From assembly GCF_009914755.1 (NCBI RefSeq), contig NC_060937.1: 64,000 nt of DNA; one strand, 5' to 3'. Of the stretch, positions 16,531-40,096 are shown in pieces. Below the pieces are notes generated by a model that saw nothing but the letters and a program-made list of their open reading frames with translations, did not search any database and was not told the origin of the DNA. The first letter of the stretch is position 1, and every line of letters begins with the position of its first letter. The position numbers and the translations under genes are program-made. This DNA is from the human T2T-CHM13v2.0 reference genome, Homo sapiens.

Positions 16531-17167
16531 TTTCTGGGCTTTTTACTGCCTAACTGATCCTCTACACTGTGCTAAGGAGAAGCTATTTATTTTTTTCTCA
16601 GGAAACCTCAATATCTAGGTGGGAAAGGGCAGGTTTCCTGGAAGAGCACTTCTAGAAAGAGCACCCCCTCCTAAGAAACAAAACAAACTTTTAATCTAGG
16701 TACTTCCTGTTTCCTCCGTTTAAAGCACTCCCCCATCTGGCCAGAGCCTTGTAAAAGTACTTCAAAGACTCAGCTGGCCGGGTTTGGACTCTAGGCTTTT
16801 TCCTTTTAACTCTTTGTGGTTTACTTTAATTGGGCTTTTAGTTGTCCTACTAAATGGTTTGTGGCTATTAAAGGAGCAAGGTTATGAAATCCTCGTCAAT
16901 TCCGCTAAAACTCTTGTACGTATCCAATCTTGACGCATATATTATGTCATGCAGAGGGGAACACGTGGTGTGTCCAGATGTTACTGGGGCAAAAGGCACA
17001 CAGTGGATGCTGGGGTCACTTGTAAATGTAAATATTTATATTTATTTATTAAAATTTCCAAAATGCATACCCATTCCACTTTACTTGAAAAATTATGCTA
17101 TTTTCTATTTCTCCTTGTAGTTATTCTCCTTGGGAGGCACAAACCATGATGGCACATAAGAGTCTCA

Positions 17168-17443
<276 letters not shown>

Positions 17444-17789
17444 TTAATTCCACTTTATAAAGTGAATCTTTCTTGGAGGGAACATGTGACGGAACTAGCC
17501 ATCAGGTAAACCTCATTATAAATTAGTCTATTGGAGATTGGAAAGATCTTGAAAAGAGACATGAGAAAGGTGCACCTTTATGCACCTGGGCAGATTCCTG
17601 CCTCACAGCGCCTCATTTTCCTGTAGAAAAGTGGGAAGGATGACTATCTCACAAAGGTTGAAGATCAAAATCCAAAGGAGATGATGAATGGGACAGTGCT
17701 TCATCAAACTTGGATGCGCTAACCAAAGGTCAAGGCTATTATGGTTTTAACAGCAGCAGAGGAAAGAGGAGGCTGGAGAGAGGAGAATG

Positions 17790-18186
17790 AGCCTGGGAGT
17801 TCCACACCAGCCTGAGCAACATAACATAGAGACCTTGTCTCTACAAAAAAATTAAAAAATTATCTGGGCACGGTGGTGCACACCTGTGGTCTCAGTTTCT
17901 TGGGAGGCTGAGGTGGGAGGATTGCTTGAGCTCATGAGATTGAAGCTGCAGTGAACCATGATCACGTCACTGCACTCCAGCCTGGGTGATAGAGTGAGAA
18001 CGTGCCTCCAAAAAAAAAAAAAAAAGAATAACCAAGTTTAACAATTTCTGTGGGGTCTTCATGTAAAGTCTTCATATAAAACTTAAATACATTTATATGC
18101 TTTTCTCTTGTTAATCTGTCTTTTGTTACAGGGGCCTCAGCCATGAACCTAGGATGGGTAGAGAAAGATATTTTTCTTCCCCTACA
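17790..18186 (+). mobile_element. 5'-truncated AluJ (to 18025) followed by the 3' end of a MER39/MER34-like LTR (18030-18186)
   Basis: LTR end tgcttttctcttgttaatctgtcttttgttacaggggcctcagccatg...cccctaca resembles the reverse complement of 5830-5950. Confidence 0.8.
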
Positions 18187-18249
18187 CCTGTGTTCCACCT
18201 ATTCATTCCTCCCTTCCTTCTCTCCTCTACTCTCACTGATTTTTTGGTT

Positions 18250-21162
<2,913 letters not shown>

Positions 21163-21164
21163 CA

Positions 21165-21555
21165 ATGTAATTTTTTGATATTGGATAATGCAATGTGTCT
21201 ACATTTAAAAGGTCTCTCTATACTATTGAACTAAATTTTCCAACTGACCAATGAATGATGTTATAAAATCATGCATGGGCAAAAGAGTCCTTCAAAGTGC
21301 AAGATAGACCAACGAGTTTTAATGTAACAGAGTATAAAAAGTTCATTCATATAGTTTCTTTTTCTTCTTTTTTAGCTTCTACCTTGCTTGCTCTAATATA
21401 TAGTTTAGTATCAAAAAAGTTTAGTATCCAAAAAGAATACCCAGATTTATCTGAAAAGACTATTACAAATTATTCTTTCACAATCACCTATTTGTGTGAG
21501 GCTGGATTTTCTTCATGTACTTTAACCTGAACAACAGATTATAACGGATTGTGAA
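21165..21555 (+). mobile_element. Charlie1-like hAT transposon fragment (transposase C-terminus)
   Basis: ORF 21297-21530 contains EYPDLSEK...TYLCEAGFSS, the hAT dimerisation-domain motif. Confidence 0.8.
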
Positions 21556-21587
21556 AACAAGGTATTGTAATGTTGAAGAAGGCAACA

Positions 21588-21867
21588 TTACATGCCTGTA
21601 ATCCCAGCACTTTGGAAGGCTGAGATGGGTGGATCACCGGAGGTCAGGAGTTCAAGACCACTCTGGCCAACATAATGAAACCCCGTCTCTACTAAAAATA
21701 CAAAATCAGCCAGGCATGGTGGTGCATGCCTGTAATCCCAGCTACTCAGGAGACTGAGATAGGAGAATGACTTGAACCGGGAGGTAAAGTTTGCAGTGAG
21801 CCAAGATCATGCCATTGTACTCCAGCTAGGGCAACAAGAGTGAAACTCCACCTCAAAAAAAAAAAAA
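21588..21867 (+). mobile_element. AluS-like SINE
   Basis: Sense dimer with A tail. Confidence 0.95.
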
Positions 21868-21969
21868 CGTAAATAAATAAAAGTAAGACTTAAAAAACCC
21901 TTGCCTAAAAAGTGTTGTCAAATAGAAACTAACAATTTATTCTCATCTTTCTGTAATGCCACATGGCTC

Positions 21970-21970
21970 G

Positions 21971-22014
<44 letters not shown>

Positions 22015-22021
22015 TGTGTGT
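21970..22021. repeat. (TG)n microsatellite
   Basis: Seen directly. Confidence 0.97.
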
Positions 22022-24230
22022 CCATTCATTCTTTTGCCCTTGTTATCTTATTACTAGGCATATAGTCTAAGAAACAGATTCTAAGGAATACTAAAAGACC
22101 AATAGGAAATTCAAACAAATATGTTTATCATAGCACAATTCATAATAGTGAAAAATTGAAGCAACCCAAGTAACCAATGAATAGCAAATGTCAAGCAGAC
22201 AATAGTACATCAGTATAATAAAACACAAAGTAACCATGAATATGGAAGTCTACAGATGATATTTAAAAAATAAGCACACATAATAGTTCATAGTATAATC
22301 ATTGATTATTCTAACACTATAAAAATTCATGTTTGAATATAGATCAGAATGAGAAATATTTTAGTTAAGTAGATGTTTTTTTTCCTTAAAGTAGTTATGT
22401 GCACATTAACATTTATAAATGACAGACAACCAGTGCAAGAATATTAAATTCTGGATACCAGAAGGGCACACAAACAGGCAAGGTGAACCATTTTAGTGTT
22501 GGCGGAGGCCTCTCTGTCTCCACTTTGGCCTCCCATTTCCTCAAAGTCTGGCCAGGGGGAGTAGGAGGGCAGTGCAGTTGTGGGGGTCGACAGGCAAAGG
22601 CACTGACTGGGGTCCATGAAGAGGAGCAGCAGAAGTTGGGGCACCAGCCAGGGATGCTTGGTTGACTTGGCAGTACATCAGACTTCATCTGGTCTCCCTG
22701 CTTCTTCTTGGATTGGCGGGGCATAGGGGTTTGCAATCCAACCCAACCAGATTAATCACACATTTATTGAGTGCCTACTGTGTACCAGGTACTCTACTAG
22801 GCCTTGGAACCAAAGGTTGACTAAGACATGGGCCCTGCCCATAAGCAGCTCTCAATCTAGACGAACATAGCCAGATATCAGGCAATCTCTATGAGCCGTG
22901 AGTGCCTGAAATGGGCAGGCACTGATATTTTTAGATACTTGAAGACAAGACATCCTGAAAACCCCCACTGATGAATAAGTTTCAAAATTTTTAGAATAAT
23001 TGACTCAAGCTGCTCACAGGTGGCCCTGCATCTGTGTCTCAGTGACTCACTCCATTCCAGAGCACCTCGGATGGAAGCCTTTGAAGAGGCTCAGAAGGGG
23101 GAAAAGACCAATGCAAACCAAAACAGCAACAACATAAACAGGGCAGCTTCGTCACAAATTGTATGACCTTTTGGAGGAAGATGAATGAAAATAATTCTGT
23201 TTCTGAAGGGAAATGTGATGATTTGTCTTAAAATTGTTGTTCATCCTGCAACAACAAAAAAATGAAGATAGTGCCAATGAAACTATTTCAAGGTCATCTT
23301 TGGGAGCCTAAAAATTGATGCACAAGCATGGAAGCACACAGAGCAAGGAGAGAAGTCTGGGTTTTAAGCTCTTCTCTACTAACTAGCTGTGTGGCCTGGG
23401 GGAGCCACTTCCTCAATTCCCTGTTGTCAAATATTATCTTCCTCACTGGAGAATTGTGAGAATACATAATATGGGATTGTGAACTGTAAAACAGAACAAA
23501 AGTGTAGAATGGCCATTGCAGTAGCAGAGCCTATAAAGTGTTCTGTAGTGATGATAAAAGCAATGGTCATCTTTCCAATGCTGTTTTTCCTAAGACTCCT
23601 TGCATGCTGTTACATAAAATAGCTCAAACCAAGCACAAAGCTTTCAGTAAGCATTTTGGACTCTGCCCTAAATTCTAATTAATCCTGAGTCTTGGCACTT
23701 GGAGGGAGTGATTCCAAGTTTTCTGGGTGAAAAGTAGAACAAACTCATTAGCAAGTGCCAGATATGGTCCTCAACCCCGTCTGGTGTGGTTTGCTAGAGG
23801 GCGCTGATGATATTTCTGGTGTGTTTGATACTATGAAGAGAGTTGTCATTAGGAACTCCTGCCCAGGTAACAGAGGCTGACACCTGGAATGCAGATGCAA
23901 CAGGAAAGATGAAGGCGGGATGAGGTGGTGTTGGAGGGATGGGCCATGCTAGTGACTCACTCACTCTGACATCCTTAGCAACCTGGGACATCCCAGTGAG
24001 GGCAATAGCTGCCTGGGGTCTCCCAGCCCCTCAGTGTTGTAAATAATGCCACAGGTCTCTGAGGAGGAGCGGGGAGGGGAGGGTAAGGACTGTCGAAGCA
24101 AACTGAGAAGTCAGGAGCTTGTCCCCGTGCCGACTCCTCTGTCCATGCTGGCCTAGACACCCACAGCCTTCCATGGGGCAAAGGTTCTAGAACCAGGAGT
24201 GTGGCAGCTTTGAGCTCAAACCTTCTACTG

Positions 24231-24309
24231 GTGTGTGCGTGTGTGTGTTTTGTGTGTGTGTGTGTGTGTGTGTGCATGCGTGCACGCACGTGCATGTGCA
24301 CGTGTGTGT
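24231..24309. repeat. Alternating purine-pyrimidine tract, (TG)n/(CA,CG)
   Basis: ...tgtgtgcatgcgtgcacgcacgtgcatgtgcacgtgtgtg. Confidence 0.95.
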
Positions 24310-25078
24310 AGGGGCCTGGTACTCACGGGAATCCAGTTAGGAGACTAGGCATTGGCTGAGAGGAGCTCCAGAGTGAGGTCAGCATGCCCAGTCTGCCCAG
24401 GGTGGGCAGAGGTTTCAACAGGCTGGGCAGCAGCCTGAGAGCCTGGCAACAAGTCCTGACGGGGAACAAGTCCAGATGCGGCTCCAGAACAGGCCCTGAG
24501 ACCTGGGCCAGGCTGAGAGGGGAGACGGGAGAGGTCCTCTTTCTATTCAAGATAATTTATAAATTTCCAAATTCTTGACCGCATCATTCCAGTTGTAATG
24601 TGCATGCCCCCAGAAGGTGCTTAAGGTGGTGTTCTTCAAGGGACAGCCCCCAGATGCAAGCATCAGAAGCACCCGGATAACCCCGATTAAAATGTCTACT
24701 TTGATTTTGAGGGTGTAGGGTGGGGCTCAAGCATGCGCACTTTAAACAGGGACTCCAAATGCTTCTTTTTGCATAAAGACTCCCCCTGCAGATAAATATC
24801 TTAAATGTCAAGACAGGAAGATGGGCAGATATTTTTTGACCTAGCTTTTCAGTATTCCTCAAGTTACACTATATTAGTTGTTTACTCCATCAAACCTTGA
24901 GAGAAAAATATGTTTGAGCATGGTAGAGAGTTGCATAACATTTCTCATTTCCTTTTCCCTTCTCATATTCAGTGCAATTCCTGATTTTCCAGTGAGAATT
25001 CCTAGCTTGGAGTCATGGATATCACCTGCCCCACCTCCGTCATCTCCCAGCAGGAAACAGAAACTTCATCATCAAGCA

Positions 25079-26244
<1,166 letters not shown>

Positions 26245-26949
26245 ACAGAGTAATGTGGGATATATGAGAAAAGAAAAAGTGCGGTAAATGCGACAGTAAG
26301 GAAAATACAAGATGCCTTGGGGAAATTCCTGGGAGGATGGTCAGATCCAGACTTAGGCCAGGGTCAGATCCAGAATTTAGCCTTCCTGGAGGAGCTGAAA
26401 TCTAAGCTTGGACATGAAGCATCAGAAACAGCTAACAGGATAAAGAGGGAAGGGACCAAGTGTCCAGGCAAAAGGAATAACATCCTGACAGTTAGGAATG
26501 ATTTTAGATTCAAGTAAGAGTATATCGCATTGATTAAAAGTGACTTGAAGCAGTTGGAGTCTATTTTCATCACATCCTAAGGAGGTGGCATAGGAAACTT
26601 CTGGCCTTGGTTCAGCAGACTGATGTCAGGTGGCACCCCTGTGATTCTCTTGGCATGTTCCTTACAGTCACAAGATAGCTATTCCTGCCTGATTATCATT
26701 TCTGTGTTCAAGGCACAAAAAATCAGGGAAAGTTATTAGCAATGTCTATCCTTTTAATCAGGAAAGCAAAACCTGTCCTAGAAGCTTCCAGGAGACCATG
26801 GCTTAACTTCCATAGGTTAGACAGTGTCACAAATGGCTCCCTTAGCTTCAAAGAAGGCTGAGAGCAGGAGTGTTTTGCCATCCCAGACACTGTTGTGGAA
26901 GTGGAAGGGAGATAGAAGCTGAGAGTGAATGTATCAGTCCATCAGGGTG

Positions 26950-28966
26950 GCCATAAGCATTGAAAGGGCTGAGTGTGAAGGAAAAAGCCTTGTTTAGTGA
27001 ACTGACAGTGGTTAGTAGAGTCAGAGGATGGACTCAAGTGGGAGAAATGGCAAGTGTAGGGATGGGGTCATGAAGGAGAGATTAACAAGTTTGGATTTTT
27101 ACCTTGAAGACCTCAGAGGATGTCCCAGTTATCTATTGCCATGTAATAAACTACCCCAAACTTAGTGGCACCAAACAGTGACCATTTTGTTATGTGCAGA
27201 TTCTGTGAGTCAGGAATTCTGACAGGCACAGCAGGGATGGCTTGTCCCTGCTATATGGTATGTGGAGCCTTAGCTCAAAGACTGAATGCCTGGACATGGC
27301 TCAAGTGGCTGGGGACAGGGTCATTGAAGACTTCTTTACTCACCTGTCTGGCGCCTGGGCTGGGATGGCCTGAAGGTTGGAATCAACTGGGCTGTGAACT
27401 GGAGACCACCATGTGGCCTCTCCATGAGGTTGACTTGGGCTCCTTCCAGTGTGCTGCTGGGTTCTGAGAGTAAGTGTCTGGAGACTGGGCATATCAAGAG
27501 ACCCAGGCTGAAGCTGCAAGGCTCCTTCCACCCTAGCCTTGGAAGCCACAGAGCACCATTTTGGTTCTGATGCATCCTCTTGGTTATGTGGAAGCCATTC
27601 AGAGGCAGCCCAGATCCAAGAGAAGGTGAATTAGCCTCCACCTCTTGAAGGGGGAGAGGCAAGATGACATTGTAGAGCAGCATGTGGATGGGAGATGTGG
27701 CAGCCATATTTTGAAAAGCCCATATGCCCTCAGGGGTGACTGAAAGGTTTTAGGCAAGGGTAATAAGTTTAGACTGTGCTTTTAGAAAAATCATAATGTC
27801 TGTAGTTTGAGAACTAGTTGGAATGGTCAAAGACTGTAGGTGGGGAGATGTGGTAGGAGGTTGGCCTCAGTAAATATGGTAGGTGTTGCATCTGGACAGC
27901 CTGGAGAGCTATTTTGCAGGTGGAATCACCAGGACTTAGGACTAAGTAAATGAGAGGTTTGAGGGAGAGGAGGAGTCAAGGTTCAGGATTAAGCAGCTGG
28001 TAACCGGTGCCTTTAACCAACACAGGCACACAGGAATAGGGCAGATATGGGAGAAGACAGAAGGCTCAATTGTGAACATTTGACTTTTGAGTTTCTGTGA
28101 GACATCCAATAACAGTTTTCTAATCATTGGTTATATGGGTTTAGTGTTCAGAAAAAATTTCTGATCTAGAGATATTGATTTGAAAATCATTAATTTAGAG
28201 TCAGTAATTGAGATGTTGAGAGAAAATGAGATTTACCATGGATAGAGTATAGAATGAATGAGAAAAGAAATGAGGGTAAACAGAATTCTGGGGGGCACCA
28301 ACATTTAAAGTCCAGGGAAAGAAGTCTATAAAGGAGGTAGGTGAGTGGTCAATGAGGTAGAAGAATGTAGTAGGTTGATAATAGCTTCCAAAGATAGGTC
28401 CAAATTCCTAGCATGTTACCTTATTTGAAAATGGGTGTTTGTAGATGTGATTAAGGTAAGGATTTTAAGATGAGGAAACTATCCTGGATTTATGGATAGA
28501 CCCTAAATGCCATGACAAATATCCTTATAAAAGAGAGGCAAGAGGGAGATTAGATATGCACAGAAGAGAAGGTGATGTGAAGACAGGGACAGATTAGAGG
28601 GATGTAGCCACAAGTCAAAAAATGCCTGGGGCTACTAGAAGCAGGAAGAATCAAAGAACAGGTTGTCCCTAGAGCCTTCAGGGGGAAGATGGTCCTGTTG
28701 ACACCTCGATTTCAAACTTTTGACCTCCAGAACTGTAAGAGAATAAACATCTGTTGTTCTAAGCCACTTAGTTTGTGGCAATTTGTTACAGTGCCCCTAG
28801 GAAATTAATGAAGATGGAAATCAGGACCGTGTAATACCATGGAAACCAAGGAAGAGAGGATTTTAAGAGGACGAGTGGTAAATTCATTTAACAAATAGTT
28901 TTGGGAATACTGTATGTAGCAGACCCTGTCCAAGATGCTGAAGATGCTGTCCTCATGAAGCTTACA
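26950..28966. mobile_element. L2 LINE fragments interrupted by MLT1 LTRs (about 27121-27725 minus; about 28367-28810 plus)
   Basis: L2 motifs (gaaaaatcataatgtctg, caccaacatttaaag, ttcatttaacaaata...gaagcttacatt); MLT1 motifs (cctccagaactgtaagagaataaa). Confidence 0.75.
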
Positions 28967-29517
28967 TTTATTATTATTATTATTTTAAAGTGAAAACGAG
29001 CATATTAAGAAATTAAAGGAATAAAAGAATGGCTACTCCACAGGAAGAGCAGCCTTGGGGGCTGCTGGTTGGCTATTTTTTATGGTTATTTCTTGATTAA
29101 ATGCTAAACAAGGAGTGGATTATTCATGAGTGTTCACAGAAAAGGGTGGACAATTCCTGGAACTAAGGGTTCCCCCAACCTTTTAGACCATATCGGGTAA
29201 CTTATGGCATTTGTAAATTGTTATGGCACTGGTGGGAGTGTCTTTTAGCAAGCTAATGCATTATAATTAGCGTATAATGAGCAGTGAGGACGACCAGAGG
29301 TCTTTCATTACCATCTTAGTTTTGGTGGGTTTTGGCCGGCTTCTTTACCACAGTCTGTTTTATCAGCAAGGCCTTTGTGAGCTTACCTTGTGCCAGCCTA
29401 TCTCATCCTGTGACTTAGAATGCCTAACCTCCTGAGAATGCAGCCCAGTAGGTCTCAGCCTCATTTTACCCAGCCGCTATTCAAAATGGCATCACTGTGG
29501 TTCAAACACCTCTGACA
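28967..29517 (-). mobile_element. MER41B-type 3' LTR truncated just past its polyA-signal position and ending in an (AAT)n tail
   Basis: Homologous to 7200-7750 but has the extra GAS-containing segment; lacks about 85 bp of U5; tttattattattattatttt at 28967-28986. Confidence 0.88.
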
Positions 29518-31648
29518 TATTTCCCCCTTCCCTTTTACAAGGGAACCCTTAATCCTAAGGGTTGTAGAGAGACAAAGATCCATCTTCTGTAACTTCTTCA
29601 GGCTAGAGAGGGGTGATGATATTCCTGCCTAACTGTTAGGGTCTCTTGTATTCAGGGTAGAGAGGAGCTCAGTCAGAAAGCATGGGTGTGTCGAGGACTG
29701 CTCATAACTCTTGAGTTCCAACAAAAGGTGATATCTGGAAGATTAATAATTGTCCAATTTAAGAGAACATTGAGTAAGCTTATCCTGCATTCCTACACAT
29801 AGAGTACAGCAGCAATATATTTTACAAGAGTAAAGCAAAATAAGTAAAACTATCCCAAATAAACTAAATAAGAACGCTTTCCATGAACTGGGTAACTGTT
29901 GGAACCAAGCTGATATGGGGTTGCTAGCTGATTCCAATATGTGTCCAGAATTAGAACACTAATCCAAATTGTTACATTACCAATTCCTCTGACTTATTCT
30001 GAGCTGCAGTCAGAGATCACTGATTGGTTCACAGGAATAAGCAGGGTCAGTCTAAATTGCAGGAAAAAACAGAAAAACAACTAATTGGACTATAATCTAA
30101 TAACAAGTGTACCATAGTTTTTGAAATGTATTTTTCCTCTCTTCAGTCTTCCATTTTTACTAAAGACACATCATGGTAAGATCAGTTTGCTTTATTATTC
30201 TTGGCCTGATTATTTGCATAAAGTGCAGCAAAAATAAGTATTTTTCACATAAGCTTTTAAAATGAGCTTTGATGAAACTTTGTTCCATAGAGGAATCACA
30301 AATAAAGACTTTTTTTTGAGAGGTGCAGTCTTGGCTCACTGCAACCTCTGCCTCTCGGGTTCAAGTGATTCTTCTGCCTCAGCCTCCCGTAGGTGGGATT
30401 ACAGGCACCCACCACCATGCCTGGCTACTTTTTTGTATTTTTAGTAGAGATGGGGTTTTGCCATGTTGGGCAGGCTGGTCTCAAGCTCCTTATCTCAGGT
30501 GATCTGCCTGCCTCAGCCTCCCAAAGTGCTGGGATTACAGGTATGAGCCACTGCGCCTGGCCAAAGACTTTTTTTTTTTTAAAGCTGAGCCCACCATGGG
30601 TTTGTACCATAAATTCCTCTGCCCTTGAGGTCCCAAGATAACTGGGACTTTCAGAAAGTGACATTCTTTAATTATCACAGTTCAGAAAGCCTGTACAGAG
30701 ACTGTGCAGACAGGTATGAGGCCAGGTTTCCCAAGGGGCTTTTATTGGCTCTATAAGTCAAATTTGATTCCTTAAAGAAAAGTATACCATTACAGGAAAA
30801 GCCTTGCTAAAATAACCAGTTTCTCAATTGTGTCCTATTGCAAAAGAAAACAGATTCTTACTGCATTTATGTAATTAACTATATTGCCATAAGTTAAGAA
30901 TACTCACAAATAGTTTTTAAATTCTGAAGAAATCAGGTAGAGAGAAAGAAATATGCTCCAAATTTTGTTCACTCAATTGTTAAAAGCTGTCAGTAGCTCA
31001 AAAGAAAAGTTTCCTTGACTCTGAAAAACAAAATGAAGGATCAGCAATGTTTAAAGCAAAAAGTCAAAAAGATTACTTCAGTCTTCCATTAGTTCAGTCC
31101 ATACAGTTAACTCCTGTTCTGCTTGACATTCATAAGTATTACAGTTCTCCATGAGAGTCCTCAAAATTTTTTCTCCATTCTAATGTCACAATCTCCAAAG
31201 TTATCAGAAACCTGCTTTAAGAACACCTGTTAAAGTCCTATAGCTGTCTTTAAACCACCTTTTAAAGAGGATTACAACAAGACAACAATTGTGGATGACA
31301 CAACATCTTAGTTAGGACAGCCAATATTAAAGCCATAAATGACAAGAAAATTTTGGTTACTTCTGTGGCATACAACAATTTTACATAACAATCATAAACA
31401 TTAATAACATACACTAAGTCATATCAGAATTATAGGAATTTCCCATAATTTTGGAACACACACCAATAACATATGTATACAAATAAACCCCAAAGAAAGC
31501 CTAACACCATTTCATATTTGACAATGTGTTTCATATTTGACAATGTTTCCTGTATGATTTTATGCCAAATAAGCCAAATATGTCATTTTTGTACTTTAGG
31601 GGACTTAATACCTAAAAGATTAATTAGGTCAGAAAAGACAAAATTTAT
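29518..31648 (-). mobile_element. MER41/MER4-group ERV internal sequence, 3' part (polypurine tract, env TM remnant), with an Alu at about 30310-30562
   Basis: Polypurine tract aaaagggaagggggaaata abuts the LTR; ORF 29743-29937 reads WFQQLPSSWKAFLFSLFGIVLLILL...CCC; Alu TSD aaagacttttttt. Confidence 0.8.
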
Positions 31649-38575
<6,927 letters not shown>

Positions 38576-38599
38576 CTGCCTTTTCTTTCTATAATTCTT

Positions 38600-38915
38600 T
38601 TATGAGCTAAATGATAGGCAATTTCCCCCACAGTCTAGGGCTTGTTTCACATTCTCCTAACAGAACATTTTGAAGAGGTTATGTTCTTAATTTTAACCAT
38701 GTCCAATTCATATTTTTTCTTTTATAGACTCTGTTTTCTAAAAAATATTTGCATAACCCAAAGTCACAAAAGTTTTTCCTTTCTTTTTTTCTAAAAGATA
38801 TAAATTTCTAGGTTTTACATTTAAGTTTATGATCTACTTGCGTTAGTTTTTGTATATAGTGTGAGGTGTGCCTTGAATTTTTCTTTCTTTTCTTGCTTAA
38901 GGATATGCAACTCAT
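38600..38915 (-). mobile_element. Old L1M fragment
   Basis: ttctaggttttacatttaagtttatgatctac...tttttgtatatagtgtgagg. Confidence 0.65.
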
Positions 38916-39352
38916 TTCTATTTTTTTAAAATAATAAAGACACTATTATTTAAAAGAAGAATAAATATTTATGCAAACTGTGAAAGTGGAGGATATGCCT
39001 GCCTCCTGTTCCCAGGGAGAAGGCAGAAGTGGGCGGGCAGGGGAAAGGTAAGGGTTTTGAGAGCAACACGGTCTCTTCAGTGTGGGCTCCACAGGCTAAG
39101 GAGAGGCGGGGCTGGGGCTGGCAGAGCAGTAAGCTGAGACAGTGGGAAGTGCCCTGGTGGGGTCAGTGGCTCCTGTGGGGGTAAAACAAGGGTCAATAGG
39201 ATGAAGCAGTCTGGAGGCTCAGGAGAAGGTGGCAGGGCCCTGACTCTGAGCCCGGCTGCAGGCTGGGTGTGCTCAGAGGTGCATGGTCTCCCCTGGGCGG
39301 CTCCTTGGTGTGTAGGAAGGCCCAAGACACCGAGACATTGCTGCACCTACTC

Positions 39353-40096
39353 CTAGAGCTCCCGCGGTGGCTCTGCGACTGGGCTGTGGCCGGGGTACTT
39401 CCTGCAGTAGGGCAGGCGGCAGGCTGGGGGAAGGCTGCTTCTCCTGGAAGACACTGTTGCTGGAGAGTGGAGGCTTCTTCTGAGCGGCCCAGGCCTGGAC
39501 ACAAAGGCGGGGACCTCTCCATGTCTCCTGATGGGCTTGAAAGCTGATAGCCTGGGTGACGGGCTCTGCTTGGTGTCTGGGACCTCAAACCAGAGTGGCT
39601 CGTCGAATTTCCTTTTTCCCTTGTTGCACTGGCTGAGGGCCTTCAGCATGGTCTCCCTGGCCCAGGGAGCTGGGGCCTCGGGGGGAGGTGACGCTTGTAT
39701 AGGCTCCCCTCTGTGCTCCGGCGGGGCGATTTTCACGGTCACCAGGCTGCGGACGGGCCGGGGGTGCTGGGCCTTCCAAAACCACCGCTTCATGTAGGCC
39801 AGGTGAGCCTCGGAAAAGTCTGGCCCAGTGAGGCTTAGGAGTGGTGGCCTGTTGGGAAAGCACCTCCAGGCCTCTGGGACCATCTCTCTCCGGGTGCGGG
39901 CATAGTCCCAATCGAGAGGAGCGGTGGGGAGGGGCCGGGTGTGGACCCCGAGCTTCCCATGGACGTAGACAACTTTGCAGCAGTCCTGGACCTGGGAGCG
40001 GAGGACCGGCCTGGACGGCGGGGACCGGTGCTTCTGGGCTCGGGGCAGCACCCTGGCCCGGGGCCAGCCCAGGAACCAGCTCAGGTAGTTGCCCAT
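39353..40096 (-). CDS. Intronless POM121-like (POM121L12-type) retrocopy with an intact 247-aa ORF; may be a retrogene or an annotated pseudogene
   Basis: Family motifs SLVTVKIAPPE, ARETMLKALSQCNKGKRKFDEPLWFEV and SAFKPIRRHGEVPAFVSRPGPL; Kozak GTCATGG; MGNYLS start; in-frame upstream ATG at 40228; no introns. Confidence 0.8.
   Translation of the reverse strand: MGNYLSWFLGWPRARVLPRAQKHRSPPSRPVLRSQVQDCCKVVYVHGKLGVHTRPLPTAPLDWDYARTRREMVPEAWRCFPNRPPLLSLTGPDFSEAHLAYMKRWFWKAQHPRPVRSLVTVKIAPPEHRGEPIQASPPPEAPAPWARETMLKALSQCNKGKRKFDEPLWFEVPDTKQSPSPRLSAFKPIRRHGEVPAFVSRPGPLRRSLHSPATVSSRRSSLPPACRLPYCRKYPGHSPVAEPPREL

Noticed and set aside
16016-16618. ORFs of 118-138 aa, or a structured RNA gene, in the CpG-rich patch
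   Set aside because: No recognisable protein motif and no match to the 7SK, snRNA, tRNA or Y RNA sequences I recall.
38915-38975. PolyA signal, tail and TSD for the POM121L retrocopy
   Set aside because: Only a CATAAA variant and a short A-rich run on the minus strand; no canonical AATAAA or convincing TSD.
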